Shown here piece by piece: positions 11,140 to 25,299 of a stretch of 64,000 bases of DNA (the first letter of the stretch is position 1; the number at the start of each line of letters is the position of its first letter). The DNA comes from Octopus vulgaris. Taxonomy: Eukaryota. The notes beneath the pieces were generated by a model. The model did no database searches and was not told the origin of the DNA. It was given only the letters and a program-made list of their open reading frames with translations. The stretch lies in the NCBI GenBank assembly GCA_951406725.2, contig OX597827.1:19716001-19780000 (forward strand). Reading direction: 5' to 3'. The position numbers and the translations under genes were made by a program.

Positions 11140-12145
11140 TAGATAGAATGCCTGAAGTTTTAGGGGAGGGGACTAGTCAATTGCATCGACTCCCAGTGCT
11201 CAAGCGATCCTTATTTGATCGATTCTGAAAGGTAAAGTCGACTTTGGCGGAATTTGAACTCAGAACGTAAAACCGGAATGATTGTTGCTCGGCATTTTAC
11301 CGGCTCACTGCCTTAATAATAATGATAATAACAATAATAATCCTCTCTTGTAGGCACAAAGCCTGGGTTTGGGGGGAAGGGGCTGGTTGATTTAATCGGC
11401 CCCGGAACTCAACAGGTATTTATTTTATTGACCCCGAGCGGATGAAATGCCAAAATAGACCTGGTGGCATTTGAACTCAGAAAGTGAAGACGGACGAAAT
11501 GTCGCGACGGGCTAACGATTCTACCAGCTCACCGCCTTAGGAATGGCTTTAAATTTATGGTACAGGATTAGCTGTTTTTGACGGGGTGGGGCGAGTTGAT
11601 TACATCGATCCTAGTGTTCAACTGGTACTTAGGATCTTTTCGGTTTGAACGGCGGTTTTTAACATAATTTCTAGGTAACTAAAAGATTTTTAACTTCGTA
11701 TACTGGTACAAATGTGTTTATAAAACATCTTTTTCTCTTGGCTTTATTGAGAAAATTCTATAGTTTGTAAGATATTTGTTGTTTTTTTCTTCAATTTCTA
11801 CAATTTCAACCAATCACTGACGTCCATTGAGGTAAACAACATTCTGTACCGTATGAATATGTCCCTCGTTTAAGAAACAGATTGGGTTTATTTACATTTG
11901 TGAAGAAAAAAAGATACCCTTCCCCCCACCCCTAACCCTAACCCTAAAATAGATTTAAATGCAATAGATCGATACTAGGGTCATAATTATGGGTGACAAT
12001 TTCATATGACACCGCTAGAAAAAACTGCCGTTCAAACCGAAAAGATCCGGTACTTATTTTATCGATTCTGAAAGGATGAAAAACATGTTGGGTTAAATGC
12101 CTAGCGGCATTTAACCAAACATGCTAATGATTCTGTCAGCTCACT
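11140..12145 (-). mobile_element. Three tandem degenerate SINE B (tail 2) copies, the third split by a MITE
   Basis: Repeated B core (GAATTTGAACTCAGAA, GAAAGGATGAAA, ACTGGTACTTA) at ~11140-11315, ~11340-11540 and ~11545-12145. Confidence 0.7.
11632..12048 (-). mobile_element. TTAGGG-containing MITE, copy 2
   Basis: Same TIRs; TSD GGTACTTA at 11624-11631 and 12049-12056; CCCTAA repeats. Confidence 0.92.
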
Positions 12146-12148
12146 GTT

Positions 12149-12150
<2 letters not shown>

Positions 12151-12192
<42 letters not shown>

Positions 12193-12238
12193 TATTATTA
12201 TTATAATAATAATAATAATAATTATAATAATGATGATG

Positions 12239-12301
<63 letters not shown>

Positions 12302-12320
12302 GTAGTAGTAGTATTATTAG
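12151..12320. repeat. (AAT)n compound microsatellite
   Basis: Direct inspection. Confidence 0.95.
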
Positions 12321-13465
12321 CAATGAAAATATTAGATATTAAATAGCAGTTAGAAGAAAAGTACATCAGCAATAAGAACAACAGAAACATGAGCAGCAGT
12401 AACAACAGCAACAAGAGCGACGGAATGCATAATAGGTATAATAAGAATCTTAAAAGAAAGAATAGAAACATCGAAATCATAGCAAGAGGCGCTCACTGGA
12501 GTAAACAAATATGGCGGCAGGTGGAAGAGTCGTCGTCTGCACTTTACAGACAAAAGATTTCATATCGCAATTGAAATGATAGAAACACATGGAAATTCTT
12601 CAAATTTTCTTTAGCCGAATGTAGATGAAGAAGAAAAAAAAAAAGGGAATGAAAAACGAAAAAGAAAAAAAGAGCAAACAACAAATACGATTTTCAAAAC
12701 CCCTCAAAATAAATGAAAATAATCGAAATGAATCTTTATTGTTTCATTGTTGGTTTTTACTGAAATCGTTTCAAACCTGTTTTGTTTTTTCTTTTTATAT
12801 TGCACAAACATATACAAAGATTTCTTAGGTTGGCATAAAGTCCCAGATATTGGAAGAAACATTGTCGATTGGATGCTTCTACGTGAAGAAGCTTCAGTTT
12901 TAAAACGTAGCACTGAGATTTATGTTGCATTCACTCATATGCCTGTACGTGTGTGTGTGTGTGTACGTGTGAATGTGTGTGTGTGTGTGTGTGTGTGTGC
13001 GTGCACGGGCGGGTGAGTGTGTCTGAGATTATCATTTTTAAAGATTGCAGTGTCACCTGATGTCAGACAAAACTAAAGCACACTGTCCTTATTGTAATCG
13101 AACGAACGTATTCAATTATGTATCAGCTAATGTGTGCACCATCAGTTTCTAATACGTTTTGCATACCATATTTGTTGCAATGGTTCACAGACACACACAC
13201 ACACACACACGCACTCTCTCACACACACAGGCACACGCGCACACACACTCACTCTCACACATATATATATGCATATGTATATATATATTTATATATAGAT
13301 ATCGGTGGTGTATGCTGATTGTTTTATTGGGTGGGCTGCCTCACCCAATGCCACCAAATTTCAAGCAGGAGTATAACAATATATTTTCTATTAAGATTTG
13401 AGATTGAATTAATGAGTAATGCCATTTTTGATGGGTGGGCAGCCCACCGGGAATATATGCCTCTG

Positions 13466-13545
<80 letters not shown>

Positions 13546-13595
13546 ATTGGATAATAAAATATTCCATCTTCCGTCTTTCATATATATATATATAT

Positions 13596-13647
<52 letters not shown>

Positions 13648-14185
13648 ACACATATATACATATTTTCTAGCTCTAGTCGTAACTGTAGTTAAGTCAATGG
13701 ACTTGCGTGCAACATCCTTTGTCGGCGGAGGGGAAGACTCTTCTTCCTTCCAAAGGCTTGATGTCCCTTAAATCAAAGAATCCCTTGCTTGTTCTAGTTT
13801 CCTTGTTCCTACGCATGGCTAGAAGATGGTTGGATTCCAGATATCTAACCACCGTTAGGGAACCACTGTTATTTCACAACGATTTCTATTCAGTTAAAAT
13901 GGCCGGTAACCTTCGTTCGACCTGTCCATTGGGAGATATTAGGAAAGAAAGTCAAACTCGATGGAGCTGCTTATCCTAAATATCCTGAGAAATTCTATCC
14001 CAGCCATATTTCGTGATTGCTCAAAGATACCAGTTCCACATCCCAAACAATATATCACCTCAATACTTTGTTATAAGTTATATTTTTTAAAACTGTCCAT
14101 GAGGCGGCTACTTATATTCCCTCAGATTGTGTGTGTGCGTGTATGCAAACGCACGAACACACATATGTATATGTCTTTATATATG

Positions 14186-14525
<340 letters not shown>

Positions 14526-14867
14526 TACATTCACATAATACTCTTGCATATATGTGTTTGTGTGTGTGTTTGTGCATGTTTCTATTTGCCTCTCGTTTTT
14601 CATAGTCTCTTCTTCCTATCGTTTCGACCTATTTTCTGTTTTTCCAGTTGTCTTTCTCCTCCTCCTCCTCCTCCTCCTCATCATCATCATCATCACCATC
14701 ATCATCATCATTGTCTTCACTTACTTTGGCTTTCTCTTTTACCACCCCGCAGTTTATATATATATATATTTATCTCTTCTCGTCACCGTTTTTGTTTAGT
14801 TGGTTGTGAAACACACAGCAAGGAGCAATTGTACAATAGACGCCATGATGCGTGAACATGCAAATAT

Positions 14868-14909
<42 letters not shown>

Positions 14910-15029
14910 TGTACATGTGTACATGTGTGTATGTGTCAGAGCTAATACAACTACAATAACAATAAAAATATTGAATAAAAAATTTGCAGACGATAACGTT
15001 GGATTTAACAGAGAATGGATAAAAACAAC

Positions 15030-15088
<59 letters not shown>

Positions 15089-16186
15089 CAACAACTACAA
15101 CAACAACAAGAATTGAAATAGCGAAACATATATTAAAAAGAATTTTTGCAAGAAAGACTGAAGTTAAGAATATAACAACAAAAAATGCTAAAGATTAAGG
15201 AAAACATAATGAAGGGGGTGGGGGTGGGGGTGATATAATGAAGAGTAAGACAACGATTAAGCAGCAAGAGGTGGCCGTGGTGGGAGCGGTGGTGTTGGTG
15301 CTGATGCTGATGCTGGCGGCAGTGGAGGAGGAGGAGGAGTATGATGAGCATGAGTTTTAACTTCGATTAAGTGGGTCCCGGAAATGAATGTGAAGAAAGT
15401 CAATTACTTCCGGTTGTGACGTAGTTTCAATCTGCAATGAGAGATTGTTCAACATTGATTTTCTTTTTCTTTCTTTCTCTCTCTCTCTCTCTCTTTCTCT
15501 CCTTCATTTATTCCTCTATTTCTCTTCATTTCTTTCTTTTTCATTCACTCCCCCTCTCTTTTTCCTTTTCTCTTTTCCAATCATCCATTTTTGTTTTATC
15601 ATTTATTTATTTATTTTCTCTTCTTTCTTCCTTTCTCTACTTTTTCTTTCTTTATTACTTCCTATCCCTCTCCCTGTCTTTTCCCCCTCTCTCTCCCCTT
15701 TTCTTTCTTTCTTTCTAACTGCACACATTTCTCTCTCACCCATTCTTCCTCTTTCTCCATTAACATCACCACTATCACTCATGCCCATCACCACCCTCAC
15801 TATCATCACAAATTCACAAATTCACACCATTTCCACCTTTTGCATCTCCCCACCCGACCAAAGCTACCATCCCTACCACCACAATTCACCCTTCACCTCA
15901 CCACAACCATCTTCCCCAGTCAACGTAGAAGCCTTCATGCGTTTGGTCGATCTGCTGTAAATAGAAGCCAAGTCGTATCTTTAAGTCATCTCCTGCCGTT
16001 TTAAAAAGGAAAGGACACTTTAAATATTGTTCTCTTGGGTGCAGTCCATGCCCCAAAAAACGAAGGGGTGTTTTATGGATGGGACTTTTTGGTTATAGGT
16101 CAGCTGGATCTATGCTGACTTGAGATTAAACTAAAACACAATTATTAGCGACACCAACACCACTCGCCACACCGTACATAAATTCC

Positions 16187-16411
16187 TATTTCTTTACTAC
16201 CCACAAGGGGCTACACACAGAGAGGACGAACAAGGACAGACAAACGGATTAAGTCGATTACATCGACCCCAGTGCGTAACTGGTACTTATTTAATCGACC
16301 CCGAAAGGATGAAAGGCAAAGTCGACCTCGGCGGAATTTGAACTCAGACGTAATGGCAGACGAAATACGGCTACGCATTTCGCCCGGCGTGCTAACGTTT
16401 CTGCCAGCAGG
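16187..16411 (-). mobile_element. SINE family B, tail variant 1
   Basis: 15-bp TSD CCGTACATAAATTCC at 16172-16186 and 16412-16426. Confidence 0.92.
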
Positions 16412-16581
16412 CCGTACATAAATTCCGCCACCACTATCACCATAATCAATAACTACAGCACTATCAACACCACCTACCTCCACTACCTCCACCCCGCCGC
16501 CACCATCAACAGCGGCAGCAAAGCTATCACTATAGCCACTATCATTACTGTCACAAGCGCCCTAACCAATAGCTGCTGCTG

Positions 16582-16645
<64 letters not shown>

Positions 16646-17054
16646 GTTAACATCATGTTTTATCCGTGATCTTGCATCGCACTTTCGTCAATTACGATGG
16701 TAGACTGCCATTTGTGACTTGAATTCCGATTGTTGAATTCCGTCAGCATGAAACTTTGGGTCCTGGAAGGATTGCTTAAATTCTTGTAAAGAGAATTGTT
16801 TATCTATATTCTTAGTGCTGGTTACTCATTCTTCCAGCTCCAGTTCACTACTGACATGTGTGAGTGTGCGTGCATACATGTGTTGTTTGTGTATGTGTGT
16901 GTGTGCATGTGCGTGCGTGCGTGCGCGCGTGCGTGTGTGCAGGTATATGCATATGTGTACGTGCTGAAAATTTACGACGGGAATAACAACTCAGGAGAAT
17001 ATGATAACAATTTATTTGTTTGAAATTCAATGAAAGATTAAGGAAGAGGAAGTG

Positions 17055-17091
17055 CCTTTGACGTTTCGAGCGCGAGGTCTTCTTCAGAATG
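17055..17091 (-). ncRNA. Minimal Penelope-type hammerhead ribozyme motif
   Basis: Minus strand reads CUGAAGA-A-GACC-UCGC-GCUC-GAAAC-GUC; core intact, one stem II mismatch, short stem I. Confidence 0.65.
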
Positions 17092-17175
17092 TTAGATAGA
17101 AGGAAGAAGTGTAGAAAAAGGGAAAAGGAATAAAAAAAAAATATCACCTAGTGTTTTGTGTAGTATAATGTCGAG

Positions 17176-17215
<40 letters not shown>

Positions 17216-17571
17216 GAAGTCGTTTTTTCAAACATGTTTCTTTTGTCATTGCACTCTAGTTTTCCACTTTGCCTTTTCCTTCCTTGTTATATTTAAACCT
17301 TTATTTCTTTCGCTTATTCATTTTCCCTTCCAATATCCAAGTCTTTTATTCTTCTACATTGACCAAGATTAATTCCCACATCTTCTCTTCCCTGCATTTC
17401 CATTTCTTTCTTTCCTTCTTTTTTTCTCAGGATTTCTTTATATTCGTCTATTCTTTCATTCTTTTTATTCCTGATCATTTATGTAAGTGCGTCTGTATAT
17501 GGAGATATATAGATATGTGTGCGCATGTGTATGTGCCTGTATAAACATATGTATATATATATATATTTGTG

Positions 17572-17625
<54 letters not shown>

Positions 17626-17695
17626 TATGTATTCATAAATACAAACACATGCATACGCACACACAAACACGAACACACATACAAACATATGTGTG

Positions 17696-17754
<59 letters not shown>

Positions 17755-18395
17755 GATTGGGTAATTATATGTGTGCCGGTGTACACCCATACACATTTAT
17801 GTATTTATGTTTGCATTTGCTTGTGTTATTGAGCGCCTGAGCGCTACGGCGTGTGTATATGTATATATATGTGTGTGTGTGTGTATGTATATATGTGTGC
17901 AGTTGCATAGAAGGTGTTTGCTTCATGCACGACTGACGAACTTAGCGAACAAGCAAATTTCTGTGACTTTAGTGAAAAAGCAATATGGCGACGATAGCGA
18001 GAAACAAGAAGACATCGACTGCAATTGACGTCCGAACAATGATGTCGACACTCAAACTTCTAATTAATTCGGAGTTCTTTTGCCGATCTCTTAATGTTCT
18101 TTTCTCGTCAGGTTGTCAAGGCGAACTTACCTCTTTTCTCCCTTTCTGTCGTTATGTCTGTCTCTCTCTCTCTCTTTCCTTTTCCGTTTGTTTTCAGTTG
18201 TTAACCCTCTATCTCTTTCTGTCACTCTCCCTTTCTGTCAGTCTGTCCGTCTATCTCTTTCTCTCTTTCCCACACACACGCACACATTCACTCAGTTTCT
18301 CTCTCCTCTTCAACCTCGGTCACTCCGTTTCCATATCTCTTTCGCAATCGCCTTATCGGCCGTCTCTTTGTGCTGAGCTCTCAAATCACATCTTC

Positions 18396-18396
<1 letters not shown>

Positions 18397-18463
<67 letters not shown>

Positions 18464-18524
18464 GTATATATATATATGTATGTATGTATATATATATATG
18501 TATGTATATATATATGTATGTATG

Positions 18525-18578
<54 letters not shown>

Positions 18579-18739
18579 CATGTATATATATATATGTATG
18601 CATGTATATATATATATGGTTGTATACATATATATATATGTATGTATATATGTATGTATATATATATGTATGCATGTATATATATATATATATACACATA
18701 TACATATATGCTTATTATACATGCACATGTTTGTGGAGG

Positions 18740-18770
<31 letters not shown>
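18397..18770. repeat. (TA)n/(TATG)n/(TG)n compound microsatellite
   Basis: Direct inspection. Confidence 0.95.
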
Positions 18771-18771
<1 letters not shown>

Positions 18772-19307
18772 GCGTGGTTGTGTGTGTACGCTTTCCTTTT
18801 TCATCTTTCCCGGCCACTTATCTTTCACAGAACAATCGACTTCCAGAATGTTCTCTCTCTGTGCGGATGCTTTTTCAACGACAGATCATCAACATGTGCT
18901 AATGGACTTTTGAAAGTCTTCTTTGACTAATCATCAAATAAGTCAGCGTTCGAGTGCGCACGCGCCTCTGTGCATGTATTTAAGCCAGCGTCCCCTACCG
19001 TAATTTCACCACGGCCGCCGCCCCCCCCCCCACCACAACTTCCACCACCGCCACCGCCACCGCGACCACTGCCGTCGCCTCCATCGCCGCTGTTTTTATG
19101 CTGCCTATTATAACTACGTAGGACTTTTTATGGTTATGTGTTAATAAAAATAGGTTTAATGCTTGGTTTAGCGCCTCTGTCCGCATGAATGCGCATCCAC
19201 GTGTTTAATGTGGTTGAGTAGGCGAGCTGTGCAGCGTTGGTGGTTCGGACGAAATCGTCACCGAGCTTCAATCTCTGGTTCAATCCCGGTCCGCGGTTTC
19301 GACTGCA

Positions 19308-19357
<50 letters not shown>

Positions 19358-19401
19358 TATTATTATTATTATTAATATTGTTGTTGTTGTAATTGTAGTT
19401 C

Positions 19402-19629
19402 GGCGAGCTAGCAGAAACGTTAGCGCGCCGGGCGAAATGCTTAGTGGTATTTCGTCTGCCGCTACGTTCTGAGTTCAAATTCCGCCGAGGTCGACTTTAC
19501 CTTTCATCCTTTCGGGATCGATAAATAAAGTACCAGTTTCGCACTGGGGTCGATGTAATCGACTTCATCCGTTTGTCTGTCCTTGTTTGTCCCCTCTGTG
19601 TTTAGCCCCTTGAGGGTAGTAAAGAAATA
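19402..19629 (+). mobile_element. SINE family B, tail 1
   Basis: GGCGAGCTAGCAGAAACGTTAGC head, GAGTTCAAATTCC B box, ends GTAGTAAAGAAATA. Confidence 0.9.
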
Positions 19630-19985
19630 TATTATTATTGTTGTTGTGAAAATAGCCAGAGGGGATGGTACCACTTTCAGTGTAGACATGTGAGTCGGAA
19701 AAAAAAGGAGTTGGAGAGGGAACTCGTCCTTGACATTCAGGGTGATTTTGGATGGTGGGATTCCTCGATTATCTCTAGACGTCCTTCTGTATCAGGCGTA
19801 TCCCATCACTATCATTTTCCCCTCTTTTTCTAGTGTCGTGTGCTATGAATACATCCCTTCTTCTAATGCATATCGTGTATACATTTTTTTTATCATTCCA
19901 TCATATGTAAACAACCACACTCTACGTCTGTCTTTGTATTGCCCCCCACCCAATCCTTTGCCCTGATGGCAAATAAAGAAATTCT

Positions 19986-20412
19986 GGATCTTTTCGGTTT
20001 GAACGGCAGTTTTTAACATAATTTCTAGGTAATTAAAAAATTTTAAACTTCGTATACTGGTAGAATGTGTTTATAAAACATCTTTTTCTCTTGGCTTTAT
20101 TGAGAAAATTCGATTGTTTGTAAGATATTTGTTGTTTTTTTATCTTCAATTTCTGCAATTTCGACCAATCACTGACGTCTATTGAGGTAAAAAACATTCT
20201 GTTCCGTATGAATATGTCCCTCGTTTAAGAAACAGATTGGGTTTATTTACATTTGTGAAGAAAAAAAGATACCCTTCCCCTAACCTTAACCCTAACTAAC
20301 CCTAACCCTAAAACAGATTGAAATGCAATAGATCGATACTAGGGTCATAATTATGGGTGACAATTTCATATGACACCTCTAGAAAAAACTGCCGTTCAAA
20401 CCGAAAAGGTCC
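19986..20412 (-). mobile_element. TTAGGG-containing MITE, copy 3
   Basis: Same TIRs; TSD GAAATTCT at 19978-19985 and 20413-20420. Confidence 0.92.
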
Positions 20413-20422
20413 GAAATTCTTC

Positions 20423-20481
<59 letters not shown>

Positions 20482-20482
<1 letters not shown>

Positions 20483-21283
20483 GAGACGTTGTACAGTATA
20501 CAATATCATCAGGTTGTTGATTGAAGATATTGTCTACCGGGGATTTGACTTGTGCTTTTCGTCAAGTTACAACAAGGACCTCAGACAGACAGTACTTTAC
20601 ACAATATGCCTGCAGTTCCAAGTAGTGCCGACTTTTGCAATACATCTGGATTGTAGGGTATTTCTAAGGTATTCAGATGATTTTTCAGCTTGGGTAGCAT
20701 TGAACCCAATGCTCCGATGACAATAGGGTTAACCATTATGTTTGACTCTCGTAGCTGCCACATCTTAGCGATCTCAATTCTCAGGTCCCCATATTTATCA
20801 ACCTTTTCTCTTTCTTTAATGATGATATGTTGATCTCCTGGCTCTGCTACGTCGATTATTAGGCACTCTTGCCTGTCTTTCCTCAAGGTTACAATATCCG
20901 GACTTCAGTGCTCTAATACCTTGTCTGTCTAGAAGTCAAAATCCAAGAAGATTTTTGCCTTCCCCTTTTCGTCCATTACCTTTTCCGGTGTATGTTGGTA
21001 CCAAGCACCCGTAACCTCAAACTTACGGCATGGTAGCCAGTGGAGGTTTTGGGCTACCTTGTCGTGTCTACGCAAGACTTTCACAAGCCCTAACAATGTG
21101 CGTCACGCTTTCGACCCTCTTCCTACACATTCTGCAGAGGTCCGTTGCACTTGTGTGGTATACATTCTTTTTCACTGAGTTGGTATTCAATGCCTGGTCC
21201 TGGGCAGTGATGATTAGGCTTTCAGTATTCTTTTTTAGGTCACCGTTGTTGAACCACCTCCATGATGTTTCCTGGTCTTTTAA
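20482..21283 (-). pseudogene. 3' fragment of RLE-type non-LTR element (R4/Dong-like)
   Basis: CCHC knuckle CRMC..ESVTHIVRAC and RLE motif IIDVAEPGD..KEREKVDKY..PIVIGALG; (ATT)n on both sides. Confidence 0.85.
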
Positions 21284-21286
21284 TTA

Positions 21287-21356
<70 letters not shown>

Positions 21357-21385
21357 CATTATTATTATTATTATCATTATTATTA

Positions 21386-21447
<62 letters not shown>

Positions 21448-21770
21448 TAGCGGTTATTCTTTACTTGAAAGCAGGCAATAACAAATCACCAAAGGTTTCA
21501 ATACTCTCCTTAGAATGCGAGCTGTACCCAACAATGCCGTGTTCTGGATCACTTCGAACCTGACAGCAGCTCCAATATTCTTCATATATTTTTCAAAGCT
21601 CTTGGAAACTGCTCCTTATGCTCCAATTACCACCAGTATCACCATTACTTTCCTCGTGTCTCTTAACTTTCCTATCTCGTCCCTCAGTGGCTGGTATTTC
21701 TCAATCTTTTCTGTTTCCTTACTTTTCACCCCTGAATCTCCTAGTATTGCGACATCTATTATCCTAGATT
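21448..21770 (-). pseudogene. 3' fragment of a second RLE-type element
   Basis: Minus strand reads IIDVAILGD..KETEKIEKY..VVIGA..QNTALLGTARILRRVL; followed by (AAT)n. Confidence 0.8.
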
Positions 21771-22815
21771 ACGCCACCTGCAACAATTGTGGGACAATGA
21801 ACGTATGTGGGCTCCGTTTGTGAGGTTCGTCTTTCCGCAACTCGTCTCCTTGACAGAGCTGCAGTCCTGGGTGAAGAAAATACCAAGACTGGGCGCCTGG
21901 CACCTAGAATTTCGTCGGTGGAAATTTATTGAGGATTAGTGGCGAGGAAGTGTGACGACGTTCTCGGGGAGACTCTGAGCGCCGGCGAGAACGCACTGGC
22001 TAGTCTCTTTCGGAGGACTTTCCAGTCGGGAACTATCATGGATAATATCCAGGTGCCCAGGCCTAGCAGTGCTACAGGATAAACTCTACAGGCACGGATG
22101 TGCTGTCAGTCGGGCGTGTCCGACGTGCGCGCAGAGTAACGAAACCATTCTGCACGCCCTCGTTCAGTGTCCGGGCATTGCTAACTTGTCGGTTATGTCG
22201 AACAGCTGCTGTCATGTATGGGACGGATCTCTCTGTCGGCCGAGTCTATAGCGATGATCGCACCGCCGCCCTCCTTCAACTGGACAGGCAAAGCAGTTTT
22301 CCTTTGCCTGGAAGCTGTGGCGAAAGATGTCATTTGGTGGACAAGGCTGAAAGGCATGAGGACAGATACGGTCCTCTTTGATAGGGTCCTCATTGACTTC
22401 TTCAAGTTTTATTTGAAAAGGAAATTGAGAGTAGAGAGGGAAGTGCTGTCCTCGAGTGAGTTTATCGAAAGGTGGGTGAAAGTTGAGAAAATGGCAAGAG
22501 TAAACGGTATCTCTAAGTGTAGACCTGTGAGTTGGAGAGAAGGAATTGGAGAGGGCATTTGCTCCTAGGGTTTCTGGGAAATCTCGGACAGTAGGGGTTC
22601 CTGCATTATCCCCAAAGGCTTTCCTGTATCAGGAAGGCCACATCTCTCTCATCATCCTCCCTTGTTTTGTTAAACCTTTCTATGCTATGCATATGTCCCT
22701 TCGTTTTCTGTGTATACCGTGTATTCTTGTTCTTTTTCTTTCATGTTTTTATTTAAAAAAATTTTTTTTATAATTTCATTAAATGTAAACCCCCTCACTT
22801 TATGTCTGTCTGACT
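21770..22815 (+). pseudogene. L1/Tx1-like LINE 3' fragment (zf-RVT region and 3' UTR)
   Basis: LQDKLYRHG..CPTC..ETILHALVQCP zinc-binding motif; KRKLRVERE..FIERW; frameshifted. Confidence 0.7.
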
Positions 22816-22829
22816 TTCGCTTTGTGTTT

Positions 22830-23535
22830 GTTCAAGTTGACTCCAAGTCTCACCCAGAGACCTCAAGAGTCAACAAGTTAGAAGTTCATGTTGGTGTTAT
22901 GCCTAGGGTGCCATATATTTGGTTTTGTACATAGTATTGTTCTAGAGAATATTTAAGAAATCATTAGAAAATTATGAGTGCTTTAAAGTTTGAGACAGTT
23001 TTTTTTACATAGGATATGGGCAGTTCCCATGAGCACCATCTTTTGAATTTCTGCCATTTTGGGGTTTCCTGGTATCTGAGCTAGGTAGCAATCATCCCCT
23101 TTTGCTATCATTCCCAGGGCACCTATGATAACAGGTATTGTTTTAGTCTTCAGGTTCCACATTTTGCGAACTTCTATTTCAAGATCTTTATACTTGCTCA
23201 GTTTTTGGTTGGTCTTGACAGATACATTTATGTTGATTGGGACATGAGGAGGCATGTTCTTTGTCTGAAGTCTTTCAATATAATGTCTGGCCTATTCGCA
23301 TCTAATCTATTTTTCTGTCAATTTGAATGCTGAAGTTCCAGAGAAGTGAGATGTGATCATTTTCAAGCACTGGAGGTGGTTTGTGTTTCCACCCGTCTTA
23401 AACTATGGAGCAGGTCCAGGTTTTTGCAAATTACCCACTGAATATATTGTGCTGCTCTATCCTGCCTGTTGAGATACTCTGTTGGTGCAAGAAGACTGCA
23501 CATGGAGACAACATGATCAATGGTTTCATTTTGTA

Positions 23536-23537
<2 letters not shown>
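22830..23537 (-). pseudogene. 3' fragment of a third RLE-type element
   Basis: KLSKYKDLEIEVRKMWNLKTKTIPVIIGALG..QKMVLMGTAHIL; abuts (ATT)n at 23538. Confidence 0.85.
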
Positions 23538-23575
<38 letters not shown>

Positions 23576-23851
23576 TTGTTTCTTTCATTGTACGTTTGAT
23601 ATTAGGATTGGTGAGACGTGGAAATCCTACCCCACCTCTAGCCATCATCTCCACCAGCAGCAATATTACCTTCACAGTTATCGCCACAACCATGCAACCA
23701 TCTACAACGAAAGAAACACCACCACCGCCACCATCACTACAATCATCATAACCATCACAATCGCTGCCATCATTACGAAATAAGCCATCACCGACATCAT
23801 TGCCACAACCATCATTATCACGATTACCGCGAGAGACTGCAAACATTTGTA

Positions 23852-24078
23852 CCTATTTCTTTACTACCCACAAGGGGTTAGGGGACAAACAAGGGCAAAC
23901 AAAGGGATTAAGTCGATTACATCGACCCCAGTGCGTAACTGCTACTTAATTTATCGATCCCGAAAGGATGAAAGGCAAAGTCGACCTCGGCGGAATTTGA
24001 ACTCAAAACGTAGCGGCAGACGAAATACAGCAAAGCATTTCGCCCAGCGTGCTAACGTTTCTGCCAGCTCGCCGCCTT
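23852..24078 (-). mobile_element. SINE family B, tail 1
   Basis: Close match to 16187-16411. Confidence 0.9.
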
Positions 24079-24819
24079 AAACACTAGTACCGTGACCATC
24101 ACTACCGTCAAATAGCGAAACGGTTTTTGAGTTATATCTACCATGACGAGGTCGACCAATGCCAACTCTCACCCACCCCACACACACCACCACCACCACC
24201 ACCACCACCACCACTAGTACTGTCACCCTGGGCTCTAATGTAATGTTGAACCTCACAATAGGATATCTAATCAGTGGATTTATTTACGTTTTTATTATTT
24301 ATTCATATTTGGATTGTGATCTTGAGGTATCGTTGCTGAAAATACAGAAAGGTTGCAGTGGCTTTATCCTCCACCAAAAGAAAAGCTTGCAATATTTTTG
24401 AGCCTCTCCTACGATTTCTTTTTGGGGAAAAATACCACTGAGAAGCATTCCTAATCGCACCGGATTACCTCGGATTAGTGAGCGTTCACATCAGATCAGT
24501 AGCGTCCATACCATATGTGTTTTTATTACATTTGTGTTGGGGCCTTTACATGAAGTTTGTTGATAAATAAGACCCACATTAATTAAAATCTCAAGTGTTT
24601 CCACGTTATTTTCAAGATGAAAAGAAATGTAGTCGCCTTCTTCATTTTAAATAACTGTGATTTGAATTTGACTCCAGAACAGAACATGTAAGATGTTGAT
24701 TATTCCCCTACAGATTGCTCTGATAATAGGAACTAAAATCAGAAGTAATATTTCAGCCGGCCTCTATTACAGCTCCATATTACGGCCAACAGGTCAAACT
24801 ACTGAGTAGAACTTCGGTT

Positions 24820-24995
24820 TCTTTTCCTGGTTTCAGTCATTGGACAGCAGCCATGTTGGGTGCCGCCTTTAGAGGTTTAGATGATCATATCGATGCTTGT
24901 ATTATTTCAGTCAGTCTTATCTTTTATATCTATATTTGTCGGATAATAAAGGGACACAGCTCCAGGCTTTGACCGACTCCAATTTAATCACACAT

Positions 24996-25069
<74 letters not shown>

Positions 25070-25270
25070 ATGTATCTTTTGTCATTTACATGTTTCAATC
25101 ATTGGAGTGCGGCCATGCTGGGACTACACCTTGAAGGATTTAGTCGAACAAGGCGAACCCTATTTATTTTTAAACCTGGTACTTTTTCTATTGGTATCCA
25201 TTGCCGAACCACTAAGTTACAGGGACTGGTGTCAAGTGGTGGGAGTTGACAGACACAAACATGAAGACAC
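24820..25270 (-). mobile_element. Two degenerate SINE A 3' fragments
   Basis: GTTTCAGTCATT..GCCATGTTGG and GTTTCAATCATT..GGCCATGCTGG motifs. Confidence 0.6.
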
Positions 25271-25299
25271 ATACCCACACATAAATGTATACATATACA

